Below are positions 38,236 to 51,599 of a stretch of 64,000 nucleotides of DNA, piece after piece; the stretch's first letter is position 1; every line of letters begins with the position of its first letter. A program made the translations under genes and the position numbers. The DNA lies in contig NC_068984.1 in the NCBI RefSeq assembly GCF_001194135.2, forward strand, positions 59,675,977 through 59,739,976, written 5' to 3'. The notes under the pieces are model-generated. The model was not told where the DNA came from. It made no database searches and worked only from the letters and a program-made list of their open reading frames with translations. The DNA is from Octopus bimaculoides. Taxonomy: Eukaryota.

Positions 38236-38900
38236 CAACGATCATATTAATTTCAGGGCTTTTCTCCATCTTGTACTTATTTTATTAAATTTACACTTAC
38301 TGAATCACTATTTTTTGTTGCATAAACAAAGCAGAACAACTTGATATATCAGTAAACAGGACACACACACACACACACACATAGGCATATATAAACAATA
38401 GGCTTCAGCACAATTTCTGACTAACAAATTCTACTAAGGCTACAGTAGAAGACACTTGCCCACAAGGTGCCATGCAGTGGGATTAAACCAGGAACAATTT
38501 GGCAGCAAAGTGAACTTCTTAACTAGTTATGTCTGCATTTTATATTTATTATATTTTAAGAATACGGCACTGAGCGCTAATATTCTGTCTATCAGAAGAA
38601 ATGATACTGGAATTGCTAAGTATAATTGCTAAATCTTGTATAAATAAGTAGAGAAAACATTATTCCTTATCAACCAAACAAAAAAAGATATAAAAACATG
38701 AACCTAAATGCTATAAGCAATGAACTGAAAAGAAAAGTACAAATGCTTACCAATTGCATGTAAATGATTATTGGAAAGTTACCAATATATACTTGTTATT
38801 TTTTTAAGACAATTCAAAATCCCACTTAATGCAAGAAGGGAAATAATGCAAAAAATAGCAAAGGTCAGACATTAAAAAGTAATAATTGTGATGCACGCAT

Positions 38901-38936
<36 letters not shown>

Positions 38937-39268
38937 TAAAGTGGTTAAGAAGTTCTCTTTGGAACTGTGTAGTTCCAGGTTTGGTCCTACTGGATTGCAC
39001 CTTGGACAAGTATCTTCTACTGTTAACATCAGTTTGACCAATATTTTCTAAGTGGAATTAGGTAGATGAAACCCATGCAAAAGCAATCTATCTACATATA
39101 TACCTACATACATACATAGTATGTGTATACCTGTATTATTCATGTTTGTGTTTACTTTTATAAAACCAGTATTACATGAAAAAGTGAAAATTAGGAATTT
39201 GATAAATATACATTCGATAAAATAAGTACAAAACTGCCTGCTACTGTCTCTCACTCAGTTGCTTTCAG

Positions 39269-39365
39269 GCATCGGTTGCGTTTGAATGAAAATAGTGTTG
39301 AAAAATATAAATCCAACATATGGCCAGATGGACTTATGAGCTGTCGTTTGGAACAGAACTCAGTC
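39269..39365 (+). CDS. Candidate internal coding exon, (R)HRLRLNENSVEKYKSNIWPDGLMSCRLEQNSV, of an unidentified protein
   Basis: Acceptor ctactgtctctcactcagttgctttcag and donor GTAAGT. Only one frame is open (phase 2 to 0). CpG is retained in non-repeat sequence. Confidence 0.45.
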
Positions 39366-40394
39366 GTAAGTCAAGAAGGTGTATATGTTAAAATATTGAT
39401 ATTTTCAAACATATACAAATCTGAGATACCACAACATTGTTTAGGCAGAGTTCTGCATCAATTGTTAACTAGTAGTTAATGCAAAACCCTGAGTAGCAGC
39501 AGTTTGCGATCTCAAATTTCAATCACTGCCTCACTGTTGCTATGATCATTCTCATTTACCCTACAGCTACAGCTTTCTGGCAAATATATAAATTCTACCT
39601 TATGTATGAGAGAGATAAAGAGAGAGTACTCCATAAATTATGTAGCATTAAACCATGCTTAATCTTTGAAAACTTGACACATGGGAGACAGTATGTGGGT
39701 GTGTACATATTCCTTTTTAAAAGTGTATTTTGTTCCTAAGATAAGTTGCTATGATGTCATTGTTCCCTGGGGATAATACACAAAAGTAACTTTCTATTGG
39801 ATTGCATTCTTCAGATAGGCATAACGCCAGATATTTATTTATTGCTATATATACAGATATCTATCTGTATTTATCTATATAGACAGATATATATAACTAT
39901 CTGCATTTAACTCTGTATGTGTATGTGCATATATACTTTCAGACTGCAAGTCAAATGAAAAATACTCTAAAACTGAAAACAAATCATTAGTGTATTTTTC
40001 TCACCAAATTTTGCTGCTATTCTGTGGTATTTTCCATCACAGGTGTCCCACATACACACATATTTTCATACATTGGTTTGGTTCTAAGAAAAAGTCTTGA
40101 TATTTCCATTTCTATGATCTGTCAGGACAACTTTTGCACAAAATATATTATCCTCTGCTTTACAGTCTCAGCATAATGTTAACCAATCCATTATAAAGTA
40201 GATCTGGTAGAATCTAAATTGCAATATTGATAGACTAAAAAGTCTCTACAAATAAATATAATTGAGGAAAACCAATTGAACAGTCACCAAAGATAATGTA
40301 CCTGGCATATATGCAATAAGAAAACAGGAAGCAGTAATATATAGGGGGGAAAAAAAAGATAGCCAGATAGTCAAATGAAAAAATGTGAAATACA

Positions 40395-40670
40395 TTGTTA
40401 TTAAGAAACATTAATACTGAAACTAGAAGGAAACTATTACTATGTCATGTATGATCCACTCTACTACACAGAAGTGAAATATGAAGAGTGACAAAAGTAG
40501 AGAACATAAAACCAATGATGAAGTACTGAAAAATAACAAAAATTAAGAAAATTTTACGAGACAAAGTTTATAGAATTATATGGACAATATCTAGAATTGT
40601 ATACACTTAAAAACTCAGTGAATGTATAAGGACAGCACAAGATCAAAATAGCAATCTATGGTATTCAACA
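40395..40670 (+). mobile_element. Decayed RTE-clade LINE 3' fragment with internal deletions
   Basis: ETRRKLLLCHV*STLLHRSEI* (compare RTE xTRxRLLxCYVWSTLLYGSETW), EHKTNDEVL, YMDNI, SECIRTAQD. Confidence 0.68.
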
Positions 40671-41469
40671 CAAGAGCAGATGACACCTGATAATGAAAGG
40701 ATTCCAAACCAGCAAGGAAATCTCTCTATAGCTGTTCAATCTTCTAGAAATAGCAGCTAAATAACTATCAAATAAGGTCCTCCTAACTTAGAAAAGAAGA
40801 TATATTTTACCTGAAAACTCATACCATGTATTTTATTCCCAGTGTGCAATCTAATACAAGAGAAGGGAGATTGATTTGCAATTCACCAACACTAAACTGA
40901 GTTCCATTTATGCAACAAGCTACAAATTATTTTGAAGATCATCACATTTCAACTCCCAGTTAATAAAACAATGAGGAAGAACAAAAATTGCTGCCATCAT
41001 TGTCATCATAACTGTAATGTGGAGTGAAGTGGACAACAAATAATAGAAGACTACATCAAACACAATTCAGTATTTCATGGCCTTCTTTGTTTAACACTCA
41101 AGTTCAACTTTGTCAAGATCAATGAATCAAATGTTAGTCCTGTACTGAGGGCAAGTAAATGTGGTCATGCATCAAAGTTTAAATTCAATATTTTATACGA
41201 GAAATGAAGAAGATTATCATGACAATACTGAACTAAATAAATCACAATATTACACTATGATTATCTATTCAAAATCTTGAAATATTTTACTTTTATTGTT
41301 CCTCCATGGTCAATGATATAAATACTAATGTTATTGAGAAAATTAGTTGAAAAATCTAACTCGTGTTTAATGAACCATTATTATGCCTGATGAAGGCTCT
41401 AAATTTTCTAAAAACTTTAAATGAAACAATTTTTTACATTTCTTGTTAGAAAGAAAAACTGGTGCTTAC

Positions 41470-41595
41470 CTTGTAAAATTTTTTTTAAATAATGAATAAT
41501 TAAGAAGAGTAGGTGTAAAATCCACTACTGAATAAATAGGAGATCTTGGTTTATATTGTATGGACAACCTTGTGTTGTTTGAGTTTTGGTAATCA
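41470..41595 (-). other. Candidate exon, coding (DYQNSNNTRLSIQYKPRSPIYSVVDFTPTLLNYSLFKKNFT) or UTR
   Basis: Acceptor atttatttttttcag and donor AAG|GTAAGC. One frame is open (phase 2-2). Confidence 0.3.
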
Positions 41596-43445
41596 CTGAA
41601 AAAAATAAATACATTATTAATGTCAGATCATGCTGATGAGAAAAAAATCAAAAAAATCTGAATAGTTTCATATTCACTAATAATCATGGACAAACTAATG
41701 TATGAATGAATGATCTCTTTCTCTCTCTCTCTCTNNNNNNNNNNNNNNNNNNNNNNNNNNNNNNNNNNNNNNNNNNNNNNNNNTATATATAATGGCTTTC
41801 TTATGGGTTTAAATATGTCCCAAGCATATTTGAACTGGCAACAAGTTTGCATTCAAACAGATCACTGCTAAATGCTTTCATCCTGTATTTTATTTACAGC
41901 AAGCAGCCAACTAATGCAACCAGTCACTATATGATGAAGGATATATAATAAGAGGGACCTGTCTATCTCATCAGTTCACAGCATTTGCCTATCTGATTTC
42001 TGGTACTGAAGAGGAGATAACCACACTGAGATGCATGCATCCAATAGTCTGCTTAGGGAATGCTGCAGACTGACTCTCTGCATTTACACCTATCTGTCTA
42101 CAGTGAGAAATTTTCTTCATGACAAAATACAGTGAATGACTTTCTTATAGGTTCAGATATGCCTTGAGCATATTTGAACTGGTAATAGATTTATATATAT
42201 ATATATATATATATAATGTCATTGCTGGTGGTGTAGAAGGGGATCTGGTATTTCTGGATGAAGATTCAGTGGTTCAACCAACCAAATCAACATGTAAGTG
42301 GTTGTGTATCCAACAGACAAGAGTATCTTTAACATGATTCTCAAATAGAATCAGTGTGACAGTATATGTCACACTGACAAGAGTCTACTTTTGAATTACA
42401 CCAGGCTTCCATTCTGTCTACCCAATTTCATTCATAAGGTACTGGACAACCTGAGGTTATAGAAAATGACATTTGTCCAAAATGCTAAACAGTAGGAATA
42501 AATCCAGGACTTTGTGGTTGTGAACAGTGAAAAATTCTTAGTCATTTTGCCATGCTGCCTTAGATAGATGGATGGATGGTTGAATGGATGGGTGGTGATG
42601 TGATTGTGTGGGTGTGGGTACATGTATGTATAACCACTCCACTTCTTGCATAAATTACATACATGGAAATAAATATTTCTTTAATGATATCTTACTTTGA
42701 GAACTGAATCATTTCAGTATAGAAAAAGAAGAGTAAAAATACTAAAATGAGGAAACACAGGATTACACAGAGAGAATATGCTACTAGATTATAGATCTGG
42801 AAATGGATTCAATGGATTCAAATGGAAAAGACTCAACATTTATCTCTCTTTCCATCTACTACATTCCTTTACATGTGTTTAATATTTTATTATTTTTCTA
42901 TCATACAGGGTTGGTGAATTTAGAATACACAGTAGTGAGCTAGATTAAACGGTTAATTCTGTCTAGATCAGAGATCCAAGTTCCAAATGCAAACCACAAC
43001 AAGTTGACTCTGTGATTCCTGGAGTCTGCTGCAAAATAAGTGTCAGTAAAATATTTTAGATACCTAGTCATCAAATCATTTTTTAATAATAAAAAAAAGA
43101 AGAAAAAAGAAATAATTTTAGACTTTAAAAGACTGATGGCAAAGTATGTTCGATGACCAAAAGAAAAATGGTCAAGTAAATAAAGAAGGATAAAAATAGC
43201 TAGTGTAATGCTTGGAGCCAGATAATCATTAATTTCATTATGTTTTTCTTCAAAGTGAATTATTATGTGTTTATAAAATATTACTTTAGCTTATATCATG
43301 TATTTATCTTATTCAGATATAGTTTTGGAATAACCAGAGATTTGTGTTTCAAGAGAATAACCAGAGATTTGTATTTCAAAATAAGTTTATTACAAGAGTG
43401 TTGTAATAAATTTCTTATCTACCAAAAAACAAAGGAAAGTGGAAA

Positions 43446-43596
43446 TATATATATACATATATATAGCTTTCAAGATATATATATGTATATATATATACAT
43501 ATATATAGCTTTCAAGATATATATATATGTATATATATATACATATACATAGCTTTCAAGATATATATATATATACATATATATAGCTTTTAAGAT
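43446..43596. repeat. Four-unit minisatellite built from (TA)n plus GCTTTCAAG, preceded by a 2x27-bp tandem at 43328-43381
   Basis: ATATATATACATATATATAGCTTT(C/T)AAGAT repeated four times. Confidence 0.85.
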
Positions 43597-46500
43597 AACA
43601 ATGAAGTAAATTCTTCTTTTGGGTATGACAAAGACAACAGTAATAGCAGAACTAAAAACAAGTCGAGAGATGTCACAGTAAGAGAGGAAATACGACAACT
43701 CAATGAAAATTCAAGAAAGTTGTGGATTTTGTTGGTTTCAAGTTCAGTTCTTCATTTAGTTTCTCATATCAATAACATTTATGAAATAAATACTAATATG
43801 CTGGAATCAGCTAAAATCTGCAGTTAAGCTAGTTTTTTTCTTTATCTTTTTCTTTTAATCTGTATTATAAAGTTGTAATGAACTATTTCTCAGTTTCCAT
43901 TCTGAATTTCCCAAAAATGAGAAAAAATACCATGAAGAAAAAAATCTCAGTAATTGTTAAAATACAAACAAATTCCATTGAAGAATATTTCAGAGTAAAT
44001 GAATAAAAGAGATAGTACCTAATATGGTCATGTGACACAGGTTTGGCAGATGGTGCGAGTGTTGTTGAAGTCTAAGAGCACTATATCCATTACCATTACA
44101 AAATCATAACAATGAATGACCTGAACACATGGTTTGTTTGATCAACACGTTAGTAAACACACACATTCATAAATATATGTCTATCAATGTAACAGAAGAC
44201 ACCCTGAAACATGAAGTGGGATACTTTGAATATTTTTAGCACTTATATTCTTCTTGTCACTACCAAACACTATCAGGTTTAACACATTTTTCAACACAAT
44301 TTCTTTTTTTTTTTCTTTTTTTTTTTACATGGTTACTAGGTGTTTTGTTTCTCTTAGTCACATGACCAATAATGTAGCAAGGTTTGACTTACTAATAAAC
44401 TAAGATAAGTTGCGAAGATATAGACAGATATAGAGCCACAGCTGTTACGTGTAATATAAGAAGAATAATTATTAGAGCTCTGGGAGAGATATAATGCCTC
44501 AATGTATCAAATGGACTTCTTCAGTCAGAGAAGCTAGGGCTGAACAAGGAACAAGTAATATGATTTACTGTTTAAAGATTTCTGAGTTGATGAATGTAAG
44601 AAAATAAATATCATAAGTAATGTTGCACTTTATATATTAGATTAACATAACCATTGAACATTTATAGAGTTATTGAAATGATAATCATGATATTTCAAAT
44701 GAAATATAATATACTATGTGTATTTTGAAGATGGATTAAGTAAAGTAATTAATACATTTATTGGATATTGTTGTTGGTGTTTAATCTAAGATGAAATATA
44801 ATTAAGCAGATCTATGATAAAAGCATCCCTCTATATTTCCAGGCATAGTGTACACTGAACTACAATATCCGTGTCCATATTTTTTAGAAGATGATAAGGT
44901 GAGATTTGAGGGGAATTTGGCTACTATTTCTAGCAGGTTGAACAACCATGTAGCAGGTCTCTCATAAAGCTGGTGTTTAGAACATTAAACAGAAACTGTA
45001 CAAGTGGCAAATTGCTGACACTACCAGTCACTCCTTTTTAGAAAGATTGAGACACCTTCTCTACTGTCTCCAGTGGCATGTAGCTGGTCCTTCAAGAATT
45101 CCTCTTATGTATGTATGTGTGTGTGTGTGTGTGTGTGTGTGCATGCGTATGTGTGTATATATGAATGTATGTATGCGTGTGTAAGAGAGGAGAGAAAATT
45201 AAAAAAAGTTGTTAAATGAATATTTGATTGCATAATAAATGACAACTGATTAACAACTGAATTAACAGCATTTTTGTTGCTATTGTTAATAAAATTGTTT
45301 TCCAGCCCAACACAAGGTANNNNNNNNNNNNNNNNNNNNNNNNNNNNNNNNNNNNNNNNNNNNNNNNNNNNNNNNNNNNNNNNNNNNNNNNNNNNNNNNN
45401 NNNNNNNNNNNNNNNNNNNNNNNNNNNNNNNNNNNNNNNNNNNNNNNNNNNNNNNNNNNNNNNNNNNNNNNNNNNNNNNNNNNNNNNNNNNNNNNNNNNN
45501 NNNNNNNNNNNNNNNNNNNNNNNNNNNTCTGTTGCAGACCATCATTATTTCCTTACATTATAGCTTGTCACTTATAATTACAGCTACTCAAGATTTCGTA
45601 TTATTTAAGTAGTTAGATTTTATGTTATATATTCATAATTTTTCTTTCTTTCTTTCTTTTTTGTTTTGTAGTTAAAAAATTAAGGAATTTATTCTAGAAA
45701 ATTTAGCAGTTATAGCAGTAGTGAGTAAAAATAGCAAAAACAATATAGAATTTTCTTTGCTCTTTTTTTTTTTTTTTTTTTTGAAAAAGAAAAATCAAAT
45801 CCCTTGCATCTATCTTCATTGTTGCTGTTGGCATTCCCAAGTGTTGCAGGGAGTGGGGATAGATACAATTTGTACCAACCAAGCAATCATGAAATAAGAC
45901 TTCTAATATCTGTTGATGTCTAATAATCACTAAGATAGATTAAAAACGTTTAGGCTAGTTTGCCACAAGAACACAGTACAGCAGAATACGAGCAGAACAA
46001 ATGGGAGAAACTACATTCAATATTTGAGAAAGTGTTTATCTGTTTGTTTGATGCTCAAGATTCACTCACTCCCCTGCAACTCAGAGGGCCTTGTGAAAAA
46101 AATCAGGGTACTGATGGAATCATCAGCTCTGAACAAATGTGTAATAGGTGCAGGCATGGCTGTGTGGCAAGAAGTTTACTTCCCAACCACATGGTCCCAG
46201 GTTCAGTCCCACTGCATGGCATCTTAGCTCGATTAGAAAATTAAAACACTTAATAATTTTCTATCTTTATCAACTAAGCAGATTTACGATTGTTTTTCAT
46301 AGCTTTGGAACTTCTAATCCCATATGCTATCATCTGATATCTATTTTCCCTACTTCTCACTTACACAAGTAACTCTAAGTTAAAATGTTCTCCTTTATAG
46401 CTGGATGATATCTATATGAAGTGGTTTGTAGTAGAATCAAATTACACAGTTGAATATATCTACTAATGTTATTGTTAAGTCCAAGGCTTATTCTGACCCA

Positions 46501-47615
46501 AAAGGCCTATGATCAAAAGTGCATCAGCCAAGGTGCAGTCTTTTTCTATATCTATGACTATATTGTAGTTGTTGCTTAGCCCCAAATGCACTCTGAGTAA
46601 ACCTATGATCAGAGGCAAACCTGTCCCCCTTTTTAATTTTTTTATTATTTTTAAAAATTCCCTTTTTTAATTTTATTTTTAGGTGGTAAAGTAGGACTGA
46701 AGTTTGTTATTTCTAGCAGGTTGTATGACCATGTAGCTGCTCTTTTGTTTGATCATATATGTACTATAATCTATAAGGTGTGATAATATGTACAAACAAG
46801 TCAGTTGTAACAAATGTTCTTTAAAGTGAAAGAAGCAATAACTATACAAGACTGTATGAGTCAGTAAATTTTTGTATAGGAATTCAATTAATGGACATTT
46901 AAAGCTAAACCCAAATCAATAATTAAAAATAAGCTAGCATGCTGGTAGCAATGAAACAACTATGCAGACAAGGAATTTATTGAAAAGAAGAGAGAGAGAG
47001 AAAGAGAGGTCATTACTCTGTTACAACTCTGTAAATAAGAACTGGTCACAACATATATGCATGATGTGTGAAATTTAACTGGCCTAAACATCTCTTTCAA
47101 GTTTTACATTGATTCTTGTAATGCAATGAAACATAGTGTGATGTCTGATTCACAATAAGGGACAGCATTCTATGAAAAGGTTCATTTGCTCTAATAATTC
47201 TCCATTTCAGTGAACAGCACTTTAAAGTTTTCGCCAAGACTGAATGCTCATGGATTAGGGAATAGAATTCGAAGACTTGCTTATTGGTCAATGACAATGG
47301 GGGTGGGTGGGAAGGAGAGGAGGAAGACTAACTATATTTAGACTAAAAATTCTTGTTCTTCAAAAATACTGAATAAAAAGTGAGAGAAAAATAATTCTCA
47401 ATCCTTTTCGAAAGAAATAGACCATAAAGGAAAAATAGCCAGGATATAATGTTTAGATCTTGGGGGATTTAGTCTATTGATCACAGCTATTAAATGAGTC
47501 AGACTGATAGAAATATGCATGAGAGCAAAAGTCACAGCTGGTCAATTAAGTCAATAGGCTTATTTTCTTTTTCTCTCCCTCTCTCTCTCTCTATTTTACA
47601 GACACAGAGAGGTAG

Positions 47616-47688
<73 letters not shown>

Positions 47689-48333
47689 AAGAGAGAATTG
47701 GTGATTCATATCATACCTAGAGATCAAGGTTATAATAACTAAGGAAAGGGTTAAGTGTACTTGCTAAATCCACCTTGGTGTAAATAAGCAGCACGAAATC
47801 CACCTTGCTGTAAATGAGCAACTCAAGTTTTACAACTGTATACACAGAACCAGTGTTTTATTAACAAATGTTCTGTTATCATGCAATGCTGAGATGAAAT
47901 CTTACCATGTATGTTAGAGTAGATAAGAGGAAACCACTCCTCAATAGCTTCCTCATGAGATCCTGAAATCAATTACATTTCCAAGAGTTCACGCTTTTTG
48001 CAATAGCTTCAAAAGCGCAAAACAGTTAATAGGAGAGAAGATTAGAACAGTCTGTCTAAAACAATGAAAATGGGAGATAAATAATTTGAAGCAGATTTGC
48101 ACACTTTAGCATATAAGGGCTTCTTTCAGAGTTTCAGTTTTCGAGATAAAAATACCTTCCCTGATTATCAAACCTAATCTTTTGACAATGTTCAGAACTT
48201 GTATGTATGTCCCCCCCTCCCCCACCCTCTCTCTCTCTCTCTCTCNNNNNNNNNNNNNNNNNNNNNNNNNNNNNNNNNNNNNNNNNNNNNNNNNNNNNNN
48301 NNNNNNNNNNNNNNNNNNNNNATATATATATAT

Positions 48334-48521
48334 GGGCGAATTTACGAAAAAAACAACAGACGAAGACAGGTGGTGTAAACAACAAATGGATGTATTAGTA
48401 TAATGCTTGGGAATAGAGAAAATCATTGATGTTTCGAGCCTATGCTCTTTAACTGAAAGGAACACAGAAAGAAACAAGGAGAAAAAAAATATAAATGTTG
48501 TGGTCAGCGATCTATCATGGC
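48334..48521 (-). mobile_element. PLE-like short element inserted in (TA)n, with a decayed hammerhead motif at 48424-48460
   Basis: Minus strand: CCTTT [CAGTTAA A] GAGC-ATAG-GCTC [GAA] ACAT [C] AATG. Stem II is a perfect 4 bp. (TA)n on both flanks. Confidence 0.55.
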
Positions 48522-50384
48522 ATATATATATATATATATATATATGAAAGGAAGGCTTTTATTCTTAAATGGTTCTTGAAATTAAAAGATACTTTCGTAT
48601 TTCAGTTTTTATAAATGAAATTTTCCATATCATGATATTAAAGGACATTTCAACCCAGTGAAAGTGCAACAAAAATAGCCCCAATCATCATGTGAATTCG
48701 ATTCTTTTACACATGAAAAATATAGTTCTGCTTGTGTAGAATTGAGAGAATTTTCATAGTTAGCGTTAAAAACACACACAAATGATTTCTGATATACATG
48801 GGTCAGATGTATGATTGGAGAGTAACTTTTAAGTCTTTCTTAAGAACATTACCTAATCTAAGTGAAGTAGTGTCCAACTGGGAATCAAACTTGGGTTTTC
48901 AATTAAGTCAGTTAAGAATTTATTGCCATACCTACAGACTTACAAGTTGAAGAGAGGATTCCTTTAGATGAATTTTTTCACCAAAAAATTGAGATGATAG
49001 ATTCAGTTAGATTATCTCTTACCATTTTTTTAAACAAATTAAGAAGAGAATTTGCCAGCCAACTGAGGTAAGTAGAGTTATGGACCCTGTTCAATAGTAG
49101 ATTGCAACAGCTGCAATAGCTTTTGAATTCATGCTCATGTGCTTGTTGGTAGCTCAAAAAGAAAATCTCATAGCTATTGTGTTGCATGTCATTGTGTATA
49201 GATTATGGTAATGAAATGTGATTTTCTAGTAGCTAATAAAGCATTCATGAAAAAAATATGCCTATATTCCTGAACAAAACAATATCAAATGGTTGGTTTT
49301 CTGGAGAATTGAGTTTTACTGATATGCTGACTCTATGTATGTGCATATGTGTTTGTATGTACGTTTGTCTTGCTACCCTCATACAAGTGGTGGTGTCCAT
49401 TTCTTCCGTGGAATACATGTCTGGGCATGGAAAATATTACCAAGCTTGGTGGACGTTAAATGATGATGATATACATATATGTGCGATCATGAGGAAATAA
49501 ATACATTAACATCTACTTTAATATAGTTTCAATTGGCGAAACATTTAACACATCTCACTGATAGCATTCATATTCTGGTAGACACTACACTCCTCACCCG
49601 CCACCCACACATAGATGTTAACTAAGAAAGCATAACAAGAAACTGATAAAAGGAAATAATATACATTATTACCAGGAATATACTTTGTGTGAATCTAATG
49701 ACCTAGCCTTTAGTGATCATTATCATTATTATTATTATTAATGATAGTTTCCTATATCTCACATGATCAACAATTAGAATACTTGTGTCTTACAAGTACA
49801 AACCAACCATTATAGATATGTAGATATGAAAATGCTCAATGTAATATCCTTCTTTCCTAAATATAATTTCCAAAGCCACGGATGGTTTTGGAGATTTGCG
49901 CACTTATATTGGTGCTTAGTTTCAGTTCATTGTTTGAAACTGATGGGATATAAAAAATCTCAACAACTTCCCCAAGTATAATGGCACTATTGTATTACAA
50001 CTAGCATTCTTAGAAGATGTCATTATACCGATTTCCAACAGTTAGGTGAACTGAGACAACAGAGAATTGTTTAACTCAGAGATTTGACAAAACATCTCCT
50101 GCCATAGATTTGAAACAAGACAAAATAGACAGCTGTGTAGATGAATTCATTTCTTTCAGAAATAACAGCTTGAAGCATATAGTTCGAAATTAGTTTGCTG
50201 ACTATTATTATACATATATGAGTGATAGTTCATAACAATGTTATTTATATAGGTAAAAAAAAACAGTAAATTCTTTAGATATTTAATATCCCTTAGGTGG
50301 TTATTTAACACCTAACTGAATTTTTATCATATATACACAGACACACACGCAAATACACATATATGTATGTATGTATGTGTATAT

Positions 50385-50929
50385 TCTTTTACTCCTTCAC
50401 TAGTTTCAGTCATTTGACTGCAACCATGCTGGAGCACTGCCTTAAAGGGTTTTAGTCGAAAAAATTAAACCCCAGCACTTACTCTTTGTAAGCCTAGTGC
50501 TTATCCTATTGGCTCCTTTGCCAAACTGCTTAAGTTACAGGGACAGTAACAGACCAGCATTAGTTGTCAAGCGATGGTGGGGGGACAAACACAGACACAT
50601 AAATATATACATCATCATCATTGTTTAACGTCCGTCTTCCATGCTAGCATGGGTGGAATGGTACCACAAGAACCGGCCAGGTCAAAGCCTGCACCAGGCT
50701 TCTGTGACTGTTTTGGAAGAATTTTTACAGCTGGATGCCCTTCCTAACACCAACCACTCAGCAGAGTCGACTTAATGCTTTTTACGTGGCACAAGCACAG
50801 GTGAAGTCAGTTTTGGCAAGGTTTTTACATCTGGATGCCCTTCTGAACACCAACCACTTTACAGTGTGGACTGGGTGCTTTTAAGTGGTACCTGCACTGA
50901 CAGGGTCACCAAGTATTTGCAAGACACAA

Positions 50930-50977
<48 letters not shown>

Positions 50978-51124
50978 GACAGCCTTCTTCCAGTTTCTGC
51001 CTACGAAATCCACTCAAGGCTTTGGTTGGCCTGAGGCTATAGTAGAAGACACTTGCCCAAGGTGCCACGCAGTGGGACTGAACCATGTGGTTGGGAAGTA
51101 AGCTTCTTACCACACAGCCATGCC
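50385..51124 (-). mobile_element. Family A SINE split by a nested family C element in its central microsatellite
   Basis: Family A 3' half at 50385-50608, family C at 50610-50927, then (TA)n, then family A 5' half at 50979-51124. Confidence 0.85.
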
Positions 51125-51180
51125 ATATATATGTTTATAAATATATGTGTATGTGTGTCTATATGTATATGTGTGAGTAT

Positions 51181-51211
<31 letters not shown>

Positions 51212-51599
51212 CTCACGTACACAGAGACACAGAACCCCAAATAAAAATCACTTGTCAATATATACAACCTGTGATTAAAAAAAAAAAAAGAGAGAGAGAG
51301 AAAGGAGAAAAATACATGGGAGACCAAGCTATGAATTACAATTGATCTTTTACTCTATAAATGTACTTAGGATGAACAACAAAAGGGTCAGATAAAAGCC
51401 CAATAACATATCAGAAATAGACCTTATTACTGGAGTGAGAAGTTGGGGCGAGGTAATAATGTTAGCTTCAAATTTTCTCATCAATCTTTCTATCCATTTT
51501 TTTTTTGTCTCAAATAAAAAAATAACCAAAACATAAAACATTCATACAGCTTCAAGATTGCATTTTAATTTTACAAGTAGACATGAAATTGAAATAAAT

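Noticed and set aside
41387-41420. CTGATGAAGGC as a possible hammerhead
   Set aside because: Only the 5' half of the core is present; stem II and GAAA are absent.
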